Of a DNA stretch of 64,000 bases, positions 31,826-43,166 are shown one piece after another. The notes under the pieces were generated by a model that worked only from the letters and a program-made list of their open reading frames with translations, was not told where the DNA came from and did no database searches. Position 1 is the first letter of the stretch. Every line of letters starts with the position of its first letter. Source of the DNA: Prochlorococcus sp. AG-679-M23 (lineage in GTDB: Bacteria; Cyanobacteriota; Cyanobacteriia; PCC-6307; Cyanobiaceae); contig QCUR01000001.1 in assembly GCA_003208875.1 (NCBI GenBank), positions 128,001-192,000 of the forward strand, written 5' to 3'. The translations under genes were made by a program, and so were the position numbers.

Positions 31826-33067
31826 CTAAATATTCAAAGATGATGCGACAGTATTAACATCCTTATCTCCTCGACCAGAACAATTAATTACTATTTCAGT
31901 ATCTTTATCCAAGGTGGGACATAATTTTTCTAACCATGCAAAGGCATGAGCTGTTTCGAGTGCAGGGATAATTCCTTCTAATTCACTCACTAGTTTCAAA
32001 GCATCTAAAGCTTCTTTGTCAGTAACAGATCCATATTCTGCTCTTCCTATATCTTTTAAATAACTATGTTCAGGACCTACCCCGGGATAATCAAGACCTG
32101 CGCTTATAGAATGCGCTTCTTGTACTTGACCATCCTTATCCTGTAAAAGAAGACTCATTGACCCATGTAAAATTCCTAGAGATCCTTTAGTAATAGTCGC
32201 GGCATGTTTTTCAGTATTGACTCCGCTTCCTGCTGCTTCCACTCCAATAAGTCGAACTGATTTTTCTTTTACGAAAGGATGAAAAAGACCCATTGCATTT
32301 GATCCTCCACCTACGCAGGCAAGTAAAATATCAGGTAAAGATCCAAATGATTCTAGACATTGTTTTTTAGCTTCTTCTCCTATAACTGCATGAAAATCTC
32401 TTACGATCATTGGGAATGGGTGTGGCCCTGCAACTGACCCCAAAATATAATGTGTTGTTTCTACATTTGATACCCAATCCCTGATTGCTTCACTAGTTGC
32501 GTCTTTGAGAGTTGCAGTCCCTGAAGTAACAACTTTAACTTCTGCGCCTAAAAGTTTCATCCGAAAGACATTTAATGATTGTCTTTTTATATCTTCTGCC
32601 CCCATGTAGATAATGCATTGCAAACCAAATCTCGCGCATACAGTAGCGGTAGCAACCCCGTGTTGCCCAGCCCCTGTTTCTGCAATTATTCTTTGTTTAC
32701 CCATTCTTATCGCTAATAAAGCTTGCCCTAGAGCATTATTGATTTTGTGAGCTCCAGTATGATTTAGGTCTTCTCTTTTAAGCCATATCCGGCTGGTAGA
32801 TGTTTTTGTTTGGTAATGATCAGTAAGTCTTTTAGCTTCATATAATGGAGTCTCTCTTCCTACATAAGTTTTCAGTAAATGATTTAATTCATTAACAAAT
32901 TGTTTATCTTTCCATGCATTAGATGCTGCTTCTTCCAGTTCAAAAAGAGCTGGCATTAGTGTCTCGGGGACATATTGACCTCCATATTTTCCAAATCTCC
33001 CCTCTTTTGAAGGTTGATTTAAATCATCATTATTATTGTGATCCTGACGGGAAATTGTACTTACCAA
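31826..33067 (-). CDS. trpB: tryptophan synthase beta chain
   Basis: [46 protein letters not shown]. Confidence 0.98.
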   Translation of the reverse strand: MVSTISRQDHNNNDDLNQPSKEGRFGKYGGQYVPETLMPALFELEEAASNAWKDKQFVNELNHLLKTYVGRETPLYEAKRLTDHYQTKTSTSRIWLKREDLNHTGAHKINNALGQALLAIRMGKQRIIAETGAGQHGVATATVCARFGLQCIIYMGAEDIKRQSLNVFRMKLLGAEVKVVTSGTATLKDATSEAIRDWVSNVETTHYILGSVAGPHPFPMIVRDFHAVIGEEAKKQCLESFGSLPDILLACVGGGSNAMGLFHPFVKEKSVRLIGVEAAGSGVNTEKHAATITKGSLGILHGSMSLLLQDKDGQVQEAHSISAGLDYPGVGPEHSYLKDIGRAEYGSVTDKEALDALKLVSELEGIIPALETAHAFAWLEKLCPTLDKDTEIVINCSGRGDKDVNTVASSLNI

Positions 33068-33114
33068 TTTTTTATAGTATAAGTATGAACTAACTATAGA
33101 TTATATAAAAAATA

Positions 33115-33426
33115 ATGGGAAAAAAGAATTGGATAGAATTTGAAAATCAGGAAAGTATTTATAAAGAAAACCCTAAAGAAGAGAATTTTAAAAAAATTTC
33201 AAAAATAAATATCTCAAAACAAAAAAAAGGTAAAAAAGGAAAAACTATTACTTTAATAAAAGGTTTAGCTTTTAGAAATGAAAGAGAAATTAAAGAATTG
33301 CTAAAAAAAATGAAAGTATTTTGTGGTACTGGAGGAACTTTGATAGGTGAAGATATTCAATTACAAGGAGATATGGTAGACAAATCAATTGAGTTTCTTC
33401 GCAAAGAAGGAATTCAAAAATTATGA
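33115..33426 (+). CDS. SUI1/YciH-family translation factor
   Basis: KKGKKGKTITLIKGL...K..CGTGGT...IQLQGD. Confidence 0.9.
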   Translation: MGKKNWIEFENQESIYKENPKEENFKKISKINISKQKKGKKGKTITLIKGLAFRNEREIKELLKKMKVFCGTGGTLIGEDIQLQGDMVDKSIEFLRKEGIQKL

Positions 33427-33470
33427 GTCAAGAGTTAAGATAGTTTTCTACATACTGAAACATTAAAAAG

Positions 33471-34097
33471 ATGAAAGAACTAAATCAGAAAAATTCAGGG
33501 AAAAATATAAAATGGCACAATTTAACTATTGATAGAAATAAGTTAGAAAGAATGAGAGGACATAAAGGAATGGTAATTTGGTTTACAGGATTATCTGGCT
33601 CTGGTAAAAGTACTTTAGCCAATGCTGTAAATGAGGTTTTACATTTTGATGGGTTATCAACGTATGTACTTGACGGAGATAATATCAGACATGGTTTATG
33701 TAAGGATCTTGGGTTTTCTGATGAAGATAGAGAAGAAAATATAAGAAGAATCGGTGAAGTAGCTAATTTATTTATGAATGCCGGAATCATAACCATTACA
33801 GCATTCGTCTCCCCTTTCATTAGTGATAGAGATAAGGTCAGAAAAATTATTGGATCCAAGGATTTTATTGAAGTATATTGCTCTGCAGATATTGATGTAT
33901 GTGAGAGTAGAGATACTAAAGGTTTATATAAAAAGGCGCGTTTGGGAGAAATTAAAGAATTTACAGGAATATCTAGTCCATATGAGGCTCCTGCAAGTCC
34001 AGAAATAGTTGTTGATACAGGTTCCTTAGATTTAGATAATTCTGTTGAAAAAGTTATTAATTATCTTAGAGAACAGAATTTACTTGAAAGGACTTAA
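33471..34097 (+). CDS. cysC: adenylyl-sulfate kinase
   Basis: WFTGLSGSGKST, LDGDNIRHGL, FTGISSPYEAP. Confidence 0.97.
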   Translation: MKELNQKNSGKNIKWHNLTIDRNKLERMRGHKGMVIWFTGLSGSGKSTLANAVNEVLHFDGLSTYVLDGDNIRHGLCKDLGFSDEDREENIRRIGEVANLFMNAGIITITAFVSPFISDRDKVRKIIGSKDFIEVYCSADIDVCESRDTKGLYKKARLGEIKEFTGISSPYEAPASPEIVVDTGSLDLDNSVEKVINYLREQNLLERT

Positions 34098-34111
34098 TTA
34101 TAAAAAAGTCT

Positions 34112-34648
34112 TTAGTTAGTTTTTAGGTAATTATCAGCCCCAAGAGCAGACAATTCACTATTTTTAGTTCTTACTTGTGTATGGAGATTATCTCTATATT
34201 TTTTCATTTTTACTCTTAAAGCTTCATTAAATAAACTAAGGATTTGAATTGCTAATAAACCAGCATTCTTTGCACCATTTATGGCCACTGTTGCCACAGG
34301 AACCCCAGCAGGCATTTGAACTATTGATAATAGGGAGTCAATTCCTTTCAGGGTTTTACTCTCCACCGGTACACCTATGACAGGAATGCATGTTAGCGAA
34401 GCTATCATTCCAGGCAGGTGAGCAGCTCCACCAGCTCCTGCGACAATAACTTTTATGTTTTCTGATTCTGCTTTTTTTGCATATTCCATCATTTCAATTG
34501 GTGTTCGATGCGCAGAAAGTATACAAACCTCAGTTTCTATTCCAAATTCACTCAATATATCTATTGCAGGTTTCAAAGTTTTTAGATCTGAATCACTTCC
34601 CATTACTACAGCAATTTTATAAATATTGCTTGAATTCAATTCTGACAA
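34112..34648 (-). CDS. purE: N5-carboxyaminoimidazole ribonucleotide mutase
   Basis: [29 protein letters not shown]. Confidence 0.97.
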   Translation of the reverse strand: MSELNSSNIYKIAVVMGSDSDLKTLKPAIDILSEFGIETEVCILSAHRTPIEMMEYAKKAESENIKVIVAGAGGAAHLPGMIASLTCIPVIGVPVESKTLKGIDSLLSIVQMPAGVPVATVAINGAKNAGLLAIQILSLFNEALRVKMKKYRDNLHTQVRTKNSELSALGADNYLKTN

Positions 34649-34739
34649 AATAACAAATCAATTCTTTTCTTATAATGACGAACAATTACTTGTGCGCTAG
34701 TTAGTTAGTATTAAAAAGACTAATTTTGTATGAATTGTT

Positions 34740-35441
34740 ATGACATCTAATAAAAATCTTGAAAAAAGAGAAGTTAGGGAGTATTTCAATGGGACTGGTT
34801 TTGATCGATGGAGAAAAATTTACAGTAAATCAGAAGAAATCAATACAGTACAGAAAAATATTAGAAAAGGTCATCAAAAGACTGTTGATGATGTCGTTTC
34901 TTTTGTAAAAAATTACCCTGAATTAACAAGTAAGACTTTTTGTGATGCTGGTTGCGGTGTTGGAAGTTTAGCTATTCCTTTACTAAGACTTGGTATAAAA
35001 GATTTACAGGTAAGTGATATATCTTCTGAAATGATTAAAGAAACAAAGAAACGTATCAACGAATTAGGTCTAAGTCAAAGAAGAATTAAATTTTTAACGA
35101 GCGACCTTGAACAGTTAAACGGGTTATTTGACGTTGTCATTTGTTTAGATGTATTTATTCATTACCCGCAACCAGTAGCTGAGGAAATGGTCAGACACCT
35201 ATGTGACTTGAGTAAAGAGAAACTAATAGTAAGTTTTGCTCCCTATACACCAATTTTGGCCGTATTAAAGAATATCGGAAAGTTGTTTCCTGGGCCAAGT
35301 AAAACTACTAGAGCTTATACATTAAGAGAGAAAGGGATCATTAATGCTGCTAATGAAAAAGGTTTTACTGTCGTTCAAAAGAAATTAAATCAAGCTCCAT
35401 TTTATTTTTCCAAATTAATTGAATTTAAGAAAGTTAAATAA
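34740..35441 (+). CDS. chlM: Mg-protoporphyrin IX methyltransferase
   Basis: YFNGTGFDRW, CDAGCGVG, CLDVFIHYP, FPGPSKTTRAY. Confidence 0.96.
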   Translation: MTSNKNLEKREVREYFNGTGFDRWRKIYSKSEEINTVQKNIRKGHQKTVDDVVSFVKNYPELTSKTFCDAGCGVGSLAIPLLRLGIKDLQVSDISSEMIKETKKRINELGLSQRRIKFLTSDLEQLNGLFDVVICLDVFIHYPQPVAEEMVRHLCDLSKEKLIVSFAPYTPILAVLKNIGKLFPGPSKTTRAYTLREKGIINAANEKGFTVVQKKLNQAPFYFSKLIEFKKVK

Positions 35442-35442
35442 A

Positions 35443-36171
35443 TTATTTTACTAGGTGATTTTCAAGTGCATAACGGACTAATTCGGTTCTGCTAGATGTA
35501 CTTGTTTTAATAAAAAGCCTGCTTACATATTTTTCAACATTTCTAATAGAGGTTTCAAGTTGTCTAGCAATTTCTTTATTCATAAGGCCTTCTGCGACAA
35601 GTTGAAGTACGCTTGCTTCTCTTGGCGTAAAACTTGGAATATCTATAGAATTTTCCTTATTGAGTGGGTTCTGATCTGTAAGCATAGATTTTATCTCATT
35701 GATCTGTTTTGCCATTTTACTAACATCAATATCAGCAAATCGGGCTGCTTCTTTGAGTAGTCGCTCTTGTCTATTGATTACATTTTTAACTCTTGCAGAT
35801 AATTCATCTGGATCAAAGGGTTTAGAAATATAATCATCAATACCTGCAAGATATCCTTGGGTTCTATCTAAAGTCATTCCTTTTGCAGTAAGAAAAATAA
35901 CTGGAGTACCTCCTAGCTTTTCATCTTCTCTTATTTTTTCTAATAAAGCATAACCATTTGATCTCGGCATCATAATATCGCTAATAATTAGGTCTGGGAA
36001 AATTGTTTGAGCTTTTTCCCATCCATCCTCTCCGTCAACAGCAATAAAAATTTCAAATCCTTCATCTTCGAGAAATGTTTTTACAGCTGTTCTTAAACCA
36101 GGCTCATCATCTACCAATAAAATTTTTGATTTTCTAATTGATTCATTATTTATTTGATTCGTATCATTCAT
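35443..36171 (-). CDS. NarL/LuxR-family response regulator (Ycf29/Rre1-like)
   Basis: Receiver LVDDEPGLR...SDIMMP; HTH GLMNKEIARQLETSIRNVEKYVSRL. Confidence 0.9.
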   Translation of the reverse strand: MNDTNQINNESIRKSKILLVDDEPGLRTAVKTFLEDEGFEIFIAVDGEDGWEKAQTIFPDLIISDIMMPRSNGYALLEKIREDEKLGGTPVIFLTAKGMTLDRTQGYLAGIDDYISKPFDPDELSARVKNVINRQERLLKEAARFADIDVSKMAKQINEIKSMLTDQNPLNKENSIDIPSFTPREASVLQLVAEGLMNKEIARQLETSIRNVEKYVSRLFIKTSTSSRTELVRYALENHLVK

Positions 36172-36226
36172 TTTTTAATTTTGAATTAAATTTTCTTTAG
36201 CCTGATAATAATTTTATATACTAAGT

Positions 36227-37375
36227 ATGATGCTTTCAACTCCCATACTACTAGATTATCAATCCTCAACCCCTTGTTTGAAGGATGTTGTAAATTCTAT
36301 GACACCTTATTGGAGTAAAATATTCTCTAATCCCTCTAGTAAATCAAATTTAGCAGGCATTAATGCAAGTGCCATATTAGAAGTCTCAAGAGAAAAAATA
36401 CAAGAATATTTATTCCTAAAAAAAAAGAAAGTAATTTTTACTAGTGGAGCAACAGAATCTAATAATTTAGCTTTGCTAGGTTTTGCAAGGAAACATTATA
36501 AAGAAACCAAAAATTATGGTCATATTATTACTCTAAAAACTGAGCATAAAGCTGTATTAGAGCCACTAAATCAATTAAGAAAAGAGGGATTTCATGTTAC
36601 TGAAATTAGTCCAGAAAAAGATGGTTTAGTTTCAGAAGAAAAATTTGTTAGCACTATCAGAGATGATACATTTTTGGTGAGTATCATGATGGCAAATAAC
36701 GAAATAGGAGTAATTCAGCCTTTGAAGGAAATTTCAGAAATATGCAGTTCAAGGGATATAGTTCTTCATTCTGATTATGCACAATGTTTAGGTTTTCTGG
36801 AGTTTGATAGCCTTGACTCGGTAGCAAATATGTTAACAATAAGCTCCCATAAAATATATGGTCCTAAAGGGGTAGGAATACTTTTGATTGATAGAGATAT
36901 TGAGCTGCAGCCTTTAGTTTTAGGAGGAGGTCAAGAATTTGGTTTAAGATCAGGAACATTGCCATTACCTTTGATAGTTGGATTTACTAAAGCAATAGAA
37001 ATAGCTGTTTTAAATCAAAAAAAGAATATTCAGAAATTTCTTTTACATAGAGATAAGCTTTTGAAAGGATTATTAGGTAATAATTCTGGAGTGGAAATAA
37101 ATGGGTCAATGAAAAAAAGATTACCTCATAATTTGAATCTGACAGTAATTGATGTTAATGGTTCAAAATTGCATAAAAGTTTGAAATCTAAAATAATCTG
37201 TTCTAGTGGTTCAGCGTGTAGTAATGGTGAGCCCTCGCACGTATTACTCGCTCTAGGAAGATCTTTTAAAGAAGCAGAGGCTTCATTAAGATTAAGTATT
37301 GGTTTGATGACTACTGCAGAAGATATAGAAAAATCAATTGAGATAATTACAGATTCTATTAAATTATTACGCTGA
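36227..37375 (+). CDS. iscS: cysteine desulfurase (IscS/NifS group I)
   Basis: FTSGATESNN, ANNEIG, SSHKIYGPKG (PLP Lys), SSGSACS (catalytic Cys). Confidence 0.88.
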   Translation: MMLSTPILLDYQSSTPCLKDVVNSMTPYWSKIFSNPSSKSNLAGINASAILEVSREKIQEYLFLKKKKVIFTSGATESNNLALLGFARKHYKETKNYGHIITLKTEHKAVLEPLNQLRKEGFHVTEISPEKDGLVSEEKFVSTIRDDTFLVSIMMANNEIGVIQPLKEISEICSSRDIVLHSDYAQCLGFLEFDSLDSVANMLTISSHKIYGPKGVGILLIDRDIELQPLVLGGGQEFGLRSGTLPLPLIVGFTKAIEIAVLNQKKNIQKFLLHRDKLLKGLLGNNSGVEINGSMKKRLPHNLNLTVIDVNGSKLHKSLKSKIICSSGSACSNGEPSHVLLALGRSFKEAEASLRLSIGLMTTAEDIEKSIEIITDSIKLLR

Positions 37376-37383
37376 GATTTTAA

Positions 37384-38286
37384 TTATTTTAATTGAGCAA
37401 TTCTTAATTTTGCGCTTCGAGATCTTTTATTATTTTCAATTTCTTTTACATTTGGTGTAATTGGTTTCTTTGTGAGATTTTTTAATCTTTCATCACCCTT
37501 AAAAGAGTTTTTCACTAGGCGATCTTCTATTGAATGAAAGCTAATAATTGAAATTATTCCCCCAGGTAATAGCCAATCTGGAGAAATCTCTAAAAATCTA
37601 TCTAGTGCTTCTATTTCTTTATTTACAGCAATTCTTAGTGCCTGGAATGTTCTAGTTGCAGGATGAATTTTTCGATATCTTTGTTTGGGTGGGAAACAAC
37701 CAGCAATAGAATAGGCTAAATCTTTTGTACCCGAATATTTGCCTTTTTCTTTTAAATCTTTTTTGATTCTCCTAGAAATCTTTCGTGATAATCTTTCATC
37801 ACCAAATTTAAAAATTAAATCAGCCAGATCTTTTTCACTTAAAGTCTCAATTAAGTTCTCTGCATTCATCTCAAGCAAAGGGTTCATTCTCATATCTAAA
37901 GGCCCATCTTTTTGAAAACTAAATCCTCTTTGTGGGTTATCTATTTGATTACTATTGACTCCAAGATCTGCTATAACAAAAGAAACTTTTTCTTTTGGCT
38001 CAAAGGTAGCAAAATTTGAGGAACGTATTTCAATCCTCGATTTAAATTCTTCAAGATTAATAAATGCTGACTTCCTTGCGAATGGATCTTGATCTAGTCC
38101 AATTATTTTTAAATCAGGATATTTTTTTAATAATTGATATGAGTGTCCACCACCACCTAAAGTTGCATCTATCGCTGTTAGTTTATTGTCTGATATTAAT
38201 GGATATTGATCTACAGAAACTAAAATTTCATCTGTCATTACTGACTTATGATTGAATAAAGATGAATCAGAAAGGTCAGTTTGCAT
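37384..38286 (-). CDS. rsmH: 16S rRNA m4C1402 methyltransferase
   Basis: DATLGGGGH, DLGV, GPLDMRM, HPATRTFQALRIAVN, ISFHSIEDR, RSRSAKLR. Confidence 0.97.
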   Translation of the reverse strand: MQTDLSDSSLFNHKSVMTDEILVSVDQYPLISDNKLTAIDATLGGGGHSYQLLKKYPDLKIIGLDQDPFARKSAFINLEEFKSRIEIRSSNFATFEPKEKVSFVIADLGVNSNQIDNPQRGFSFQKDGPLDMRMNPLLEMNAENLIETLSEKDLADLIFKFGDERLSRKISRRIKKDLKEKGKYSGTKDLAYSIAGCFPPKQRYRKIHPATRTFQALRIAVNKEIEALDRFLEISPDWLLPGGIISIISFHSIEDRLVKNSFKGDERLKNLTKKPITPNVKEIENNKRSRSAKLRIAQLK

Positions 38287-38324
38287 AACTTTCTACTAAG
38301 ATTTAAATAGAGGTTAAATTATTA

Positions 38325-39512
38325 ATGGCTCAACTAGAGACTAGAACAGAACCAATGGTGGTCAACTTTGGACCTCATCATCCATCTATGCATGGAGTTT
38401 TGAGGTTAGTTGTAACCCTTGATGGCGAGAATGTAATAGATTGTGAGCCCGTAATTGGATATTTGCATAGAGGAATGGAAAAGATAGCTGAAAACAGGAC
38501 AAACGTCATGTACGTACCTTATGTAAGCAGAATGGATTATGCCGCCGGAATGTTTTATGAAGCAATTGTAGTAAATGCACCAGAAAGATTGGCGAATATT
38601 GTTGTACCCAAAAGAGCCAGTTATATAAGAGTTCTAATGTTGGAGCTTAATAGAATTGCGAATCATCTTTTATGGCTAGGTCCATTTTTAGCAGATGTAG
38701 GAGCTCAGACCCCATTCTTTTATATCTTTAGAGAAAGAGAAATGATTTATGACCTTTGGGAAGCTGCTACTGGACAAAGATTGATAAATAATAATTTTTT
38801 TAGAATAGGAGGTGTGGCTTGTGATTTGCCTTATGGATGGTTAGAAAAATGCATTGATTTTTGTGATTGGTTTGCTCCAAAGATCGATGAATATGAAAAA
38901 TTAATTACAAATAATCCTATATTCAAAAAAAGAATTGAAGGTCTCGGAACCATAGAAAGAGATCAAGCAATTAATTGGTCACTTTCTGGACCAATGCTTA
39001 GGGCCTCTGGAGTCTCTTGGGATTTGAGAAAAGTCGATAGTTATGAATGTTATGACGATTTTGAATGGGAAATTGCTTCAGAAAAAGAAGGTGATTGTTA
39101 TGCCAGATATCGAGTAAGAGTTCAAGAAATGAGACAATCATTAAAAATTATTCGTCAAGCCTGCGAAATGATTCCTGGAGGCCCAACAGAAAATTTAGAA
39201 GCTAAACGTATGACTACAGAGGATAAAAAAAGTGAAATATTTGGTATGGATTATCAATATGTAGCTAAGAAAGTTGCGCCAACTTTTAAGATTCCTAATG
39301 GAGAATTATATACAAGATTAGAATCTGGTAAAGGTGAAATAGGAGTTTTTATTCAAGGCAATAATGAAGTTACACCATGGAGATTTAAAATTAGAGCTGC
39401 TGATTTAAATAATCTTCAAATATTGCCTCATATTCTAAAGGGAGCAAAGATAGCTGATATTATGGCAATCCTTGGCTCAATAGACGTCATTATGGGTTCT
39501 GTAGACAGGTAA
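38325..39512 (+). CDS. ndhH: NDH-1 subunit H
   Basis: [28 protein letters not shown]-terminal GSVDR. Confidence 0.98.
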   Translation: MAQLETRTEPMVVNFGPHHPSMHGVLRLVVTLDGENVIDCEPVIGYLHRGMEKIAENRTNVMYVPYVSRMDYAAGMFYEAIVVNAPERLANIVVPKRASYIRVLMLELNRIANHLLWLGPFLADVGAQTPFFYIFREREMIYDLWEAATGQRLINNNFFRIGGVACDLPYGWLEKCIDFCDWFAPKIDEYEKLITNNPIFKKRIEGLGTIERDQAINWSLSGPMLRASGVSWDLRKVDSYECYDDFEWEIASEKEGDCYARYRVRVQEMRQSLKIIRQACEMIPGGPTENLEAKRMTTEDKKSEIFGMDYQYVAKKVAPTFKIPNGELYTRLESGKGEIGVFIQGNNEVTPWRFKIRAADLNNLQILPHILKGAKIADIMAILGSIDVIMGSVDR

Positions 39513-39520
39513 ACCTTTTA

Positions 39521-39973
39521 ATGAAACCTAAAAATTGGTTGATTTTAAAAAGGAAAGTAAGGTTTGGTGATTGTGACTCTGCAGGAGTGATACATTTTCA
39601 CAACCTTTTAAGATGGTGTCATGAAAGTTGGGAAGAAAGTATAGACATATATGGTATTCCTCATCAGGATATTTTTCCAAATGCTAATTCCCATAAAAAT
39701 CAGATTATATGTCCCATAGTTAATTGCGAAGCTAATTTTTTGTCACCTATTAAGATCGGCGATTTACTTGCAATTAAGATAATCCCCAAAAAAATTAATA
39801 GTCACTTATTTCAAGTTAATACATTTTTTTTAAAGGATGAAATTAATGTCGCTGAAGGAAAAATTATCCATTGTTCTTTAGATGTTAATTCAAAATTGAA
39901 AGTTAAATTACCTGATCAACTGGAGAGGTGGATAGAAGCTTCCAATATAAATACAGATTTAAAAGAGTGTTAA
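39521..39973 (+). CDS. hotdog-fold thioesterase, probable DHNA-CoA hydrolase
   Basis: [26 protein letters not shown]; adjacent to men genes. Confidence 0.8.
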   Translation: MKPKNWLILKRKVRFGDCDSAGVIHFHNLLRWCHESWEESIDIYGIPHQDIFPNANSHKNQIICPIVNCEANFLSPIKIGDLLAIKIIPKKINSHLFQVNTFFLKDEINVAEGKIIHCSLDVNSKLKVKLPDQLERWIEASNINTDLKEC

Positions 39974-39986
39974 TTATCATGAGTTA

Positions 39987-41192
39987 CTATTTTTCAAATA
40001 TGAAATTTGATTTTTCAATATAATTTGATTGATTCTTACCAATAATCCAGGTCTCAGGTCTCTCATGTTTTGGCCAATTTATAGAAAAGTTTTTTAATAG
40101 TTTTAATGAATATTCAATATCTTTTTTACAAGTTTCTTTTTTAAAATCAATGTTGATCTCAATTTTATTTCCCCATTCTTTATTAGGTATTTTTGAAATC
40201 ATAAAATTTTCTATTGGAATTTGTTTATTTGAGATAAATTTACTTAATCGTAATTTAATTACTTCTGGAAAAACTATTTCACCTCCAGAATTAAAAGCAT
40301 TATCTATTCTGCTAATAAATTTCAAATAATAAGAATCATTCAATTCTTGGATTTCTCCCAAATCACTGCTTTCCCACCAACCATTTTTATCTTTGAAATT
40401 TTTAGTTTTTGAAGGTTCAAGAAATTCAATTCCTATTCTTTCTGATTTGATTTGGATTAAACCCTTTTTACTAATTCTTAAATTTATATCACATAGTATT
40501 TCTCCAACATTATCTATCCCTTCTAAAAATTCTTTAGGTTTTAAGCTTGTAACCATGGCAGCAGTTTCAGTAGATCCGTAACAGGGTGCTAAATTTATTT
40601 TTTCTAGTCTGCACTTGCGAGAAGTTTCACTAGATATAGATGCACCACCAATCCAAATTAAATCAAAAATCTTTAACCAATTAATCCCATCTTTTTCAGA
40701 TAAAAGTCTTTTTAATTGTGTTGGAACTAATGATGTTATAAGATGTTGATTTTCTTTTTTTATCTCATTAGTCAAGGCTAATAATTCCTCGGTTTTTTTA
40801 ATTAATTTAGGAGAAATATTAATATGCTCACAACTCCATATTTTGCTTCTAAATAGTGGCATTAATCCACTTATATGATTCAAAGGTAAAGTATTAAAAA
40901 TTAAACAGTTTTGTAATTTAAATCCTTGCTTTTCAAGCCAAATTCCAGATGCCTTAGCAGACGAATTAAGATTTTCTAAACTATGTATGCATTTTTTAGG
41001 CTTTCCACTACTGCCACTACTATTTAAGATAATTGCAGGTCCTGTTATATCAATAGTCTTTAATATTTCGTCAGTTTTATAAGATTTATTTTTTATATAG
41101 GTAATTTTTTTATCTTTAATATTTTCAAGAATTTTTTTTATAGATTCTTTTTCATTATTTTCAACTTCAATAATATGAATTTTATTTTTCAT
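39987..41192 (-). CDS. menE: o-succinylbenzoate-CoA ligase
   Basis: SSGSSGKPK AMP-binding motif, LPLNHISG, SLVPTQL, YGSTET; ATG 41192 overlaps menC TGA (ATGA). Confidence 0.88.
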   Translation of the reverse strand: MKNKIHIIEVENNEKESIKKILENIKDKKITYIKNKSYKTDEILKTIDITGPAIILNSSGSSGKPKKCIHSLENLNSSAKASGIWLEKQGFKLQNCLIFNTLPLNHISGLMPLFRSKIWSCEHINISPKLIKKTEELLALTNEIKKENQHLITSLVPTQLKRLLSEKDGINWLKIFDLIWIGGASISSETSRKCRLEKINLAPCYGSTETAAMVTSLKPKEFLEGIDNVGEILCDINLRISKKGLIQIKSERIGIEFLEPSKTKNFKDKNGWWESSDLGEIQELNDSYYLKFISRIDNAFNSGGEIVFPEVIKLRLSKFISNKQIPIENFMISKIPNKEWGNKIEINIDFKKETCKKDIEYSLKLLKNFSINWPKHERPETWIIGKNQSNYIEKSNFIFEK

Positions 41193-42154
41193 AATTGATC
41201 CCATATCTTTTGAGCATCATTTAGGAAAAGAAAAGAATTAGGATTTTTTTTCAAAGCTAATCCAGGAACTTTGGGAGTTAGTCCCAATAGCTGTAGAGAG
41301 GATAAATGAAAAAGCCATCTTCTGCCTATTCCTGTCTCAAAAGAAGTGCTTAAGGATCTAAAACCTTTTTTATCTTTTAACTCTTTTAAAAGATGCATAG
41401 GATTTCTCTCTTGAGAAGGTCTTCGAATTTGCCAACCATCCCATTCATTAATCAAATATGGATATTCTAATAGTGATTCATCTAAAGCAATTGGCATCTT
41501 TTTATTAAGTTCTCTTAAACCCTCTATATCATCTTTAGAAAGAGGCTGTTCTAGCCAATCTATATTTTCAATATCTTTCAAAATATCAACCCATCTATTA
41601 GCTATTTCTCTTTTCCAAGAACCATTCGCATCAATTCTTAATTTTATATTACTTCTTAAATGATTTAGTATCTCTTTTAGAGTTTTTTCTTCGGAGGAAT
41701 TATCTTGTATGCCTACTTTCCATTTAATAGTCAGAGATTTCTCATTCAAAAGTTTATTGCTTTTTAATATTATTAATTCTTTAAGAGCGTTATGAGGATC
41801 TAAAAGTATAGCTGTTTGATCAATTTCATTAAAGTAATAATTTTCCTTAAAATTTATTTTTCTTTCAATTTCAGCTAATGCAGAGTTTATAGCTGATTGA
41901 ATGCAAGGGTGAAAATTCTTTATTAAATCAGATAAAGTTTTTGAATTTACGTATTTGGGAACCTGATTTAATTGTATTTGACATGCATCTAAATCTTTTT
42001 TTCTTAGAGGATTTACTTCTCCAAAACCAACTCCCTTTTCCATATTTTTTAATTTAATTATCCACCCAGATTTATATTCATATGTTGTATTTGAATTATC
42101 CACTTTCGAAGATAATTTAAAGAAAAACGATTTTTTTTTAAAAGTTAAGTTCAT
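41189..42154 (-). CDS. menC: o-succinylbenzoate synthase
   Basis: GFGEV.P, KWKVG, LRIDANGSW, WLEQP, PIALDES. Confidence 0.9.
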   Translation of the reverse strand: MNLTFKKKSFFFKLSSKVDNSNTTYEYKSGWIIKLKNMEKGVGFGEVNPLRKKDLDACQIQLNQVPKYVNSKTLSDLIKNFHPCIQSAINSALAEIERKINFKENYYFNEIDQTAILLDPHNALKELIILKSNKLLNEKSLTIKWKVGIQDNSSEEKTLKEILNHLRSNIKLRIDANGSWKREIANRWVDILKDIENIDWLEQPLSKDDIEGLRELNKKMPIALDESLLEYPYLINEWDGWQIRRPSQERNPMHLLKELKDKKGFRSLSTSFETGIGRRWLFHLSSLQLLGLTPKVPGLALKKNPNSFLFLNDAQKIWDQL

Positions 42155-43068
42155 TTATAAAGCAGGTAATCTATTATAAATCCTGCTATTAATCCAATTC
42201 CATTTAGCGTTTGAAATTTGATAGCAATAAATTTACAATTTTTTATTACTTCAGGTTTGTTATATGAATATTTCAATAAAGTTATAAGCTTTAATGATTG
42301 AGGAAAACTTATAAGAAAAAGAACACAAAGTATCGGAATAAATCCATTAATTATTATAAAAAGTTGGAAAACATAAATTATAAAAACTGTCCAAGGAATA
42401 ATCTTAGCTCCTTTTTTCGCTCCTAGTCTAACTAAAGGTGAATTTTTACCATGTTCTTTATCTTCTTTGATCTGATGAAAATGAGAGCAAAATAGTACTA
42501 GTGTGGTTGCCAATGAAGATCCTGAACCAAGTAATAATGACTCTTTCCAAGGAATAGAAATCATGTATATATCTGAGGGATTTAATGCTATTAAAGCAGC
42601 GGCGTAAGCTAAGGGGCCAAAAGCTAACCAACATAATGGTTCTCCTAAACCCTGGTAGCCTAAACGGAAAGGCGGTCCTTGATATAAATATCCTAAGAAG
42701 CAGCAAGCGCCGACTAATAGCATTACATTTATGCTGGTCGTAATTGAAATGATGGCAATTACAAATAATCCAATCAATAGAGATGCATAAGCGGTAATTG
42801 AAACTATTGTTTTACTTTGTACAAGATTTACAATGGAATGAAATTTAAATTCATCAATTCCTGTTTCTGAATCAAATAAATCATTAGTTAGATTTTCCCA
42901 AATTAGTATTAATATTGCAGCGATTGTGAATGCAATTAAATTAGATATTTTGATATTTTCGAAAGAGTTTAGCGTATAAGCTCCTGAAATAAAAACTGGT
43001 AAAATTGCTACTGAATAAAGAGGCCATTTTATTGCTTGTTTCCATAAACTTTTATTTCTTTCATTCAT
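42151..43068 (-). CDS. menA: DHNA phytyltransferase
   Basis: AIKWPLYSVA, WENLTNDLFDSETGID, YQGPPFRLGYQGLGE, SHFHQ. Confidence 0.93.
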   Translation of the reverse strand: MNERNKSLWKQAIKWPLYSVAILPVFISGAYTLNSFENIKISNLIAFTIAAILILIWENLTNDLFDSETGIDEFKFHSIVNLVQSKTIVSITAYASLLIGLFVIAIISITTSINVMLLVGACCFLGYLYQGPPFRLGYQGLGEPLCWLAFGPLAYAAALIALNPSDIYMISIPWKESLLLGSGSSLATTLVLFCSHFHQIKEDKEHGKNSPLVRLGAKKGAKIIPWTVFIIYVFQLFIIINGFIPILCVLFLISFPQSLKLITLLKYSYNKPEVIKNCKFIAIKFQTLNGIGLIAGFIIDYLLYK

Positions 43069-43166
43069 TATTAATGCAGGTAAGAAAAACTATAATTATT
43101 AAATATAGTTTATAAATTGAGTTACATTTTTTACTTTAATGCATGATTTTTAGTTATTTTCAATAA

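Noticed and set aside
33485..33859. 124-aa antisense ORF within cysC (and similar ones at 3544, 11497, 13779, 14088, 18544, 23557, 29548, 40393, 50992, 52516, 53890, 55055, 55943, 58342, 59817, 60623, 61761, 61971)
   Set aside because: Antisense shadows of conserved genes rich in S/L/F/P/I, expected by chance
43121..43136. GTTACATTTTTTACTT upstream of menF as an RpaB HLR1 site
   Set aside because: Half-sites are 9 bp apart rather than 10 and the second is mismatched
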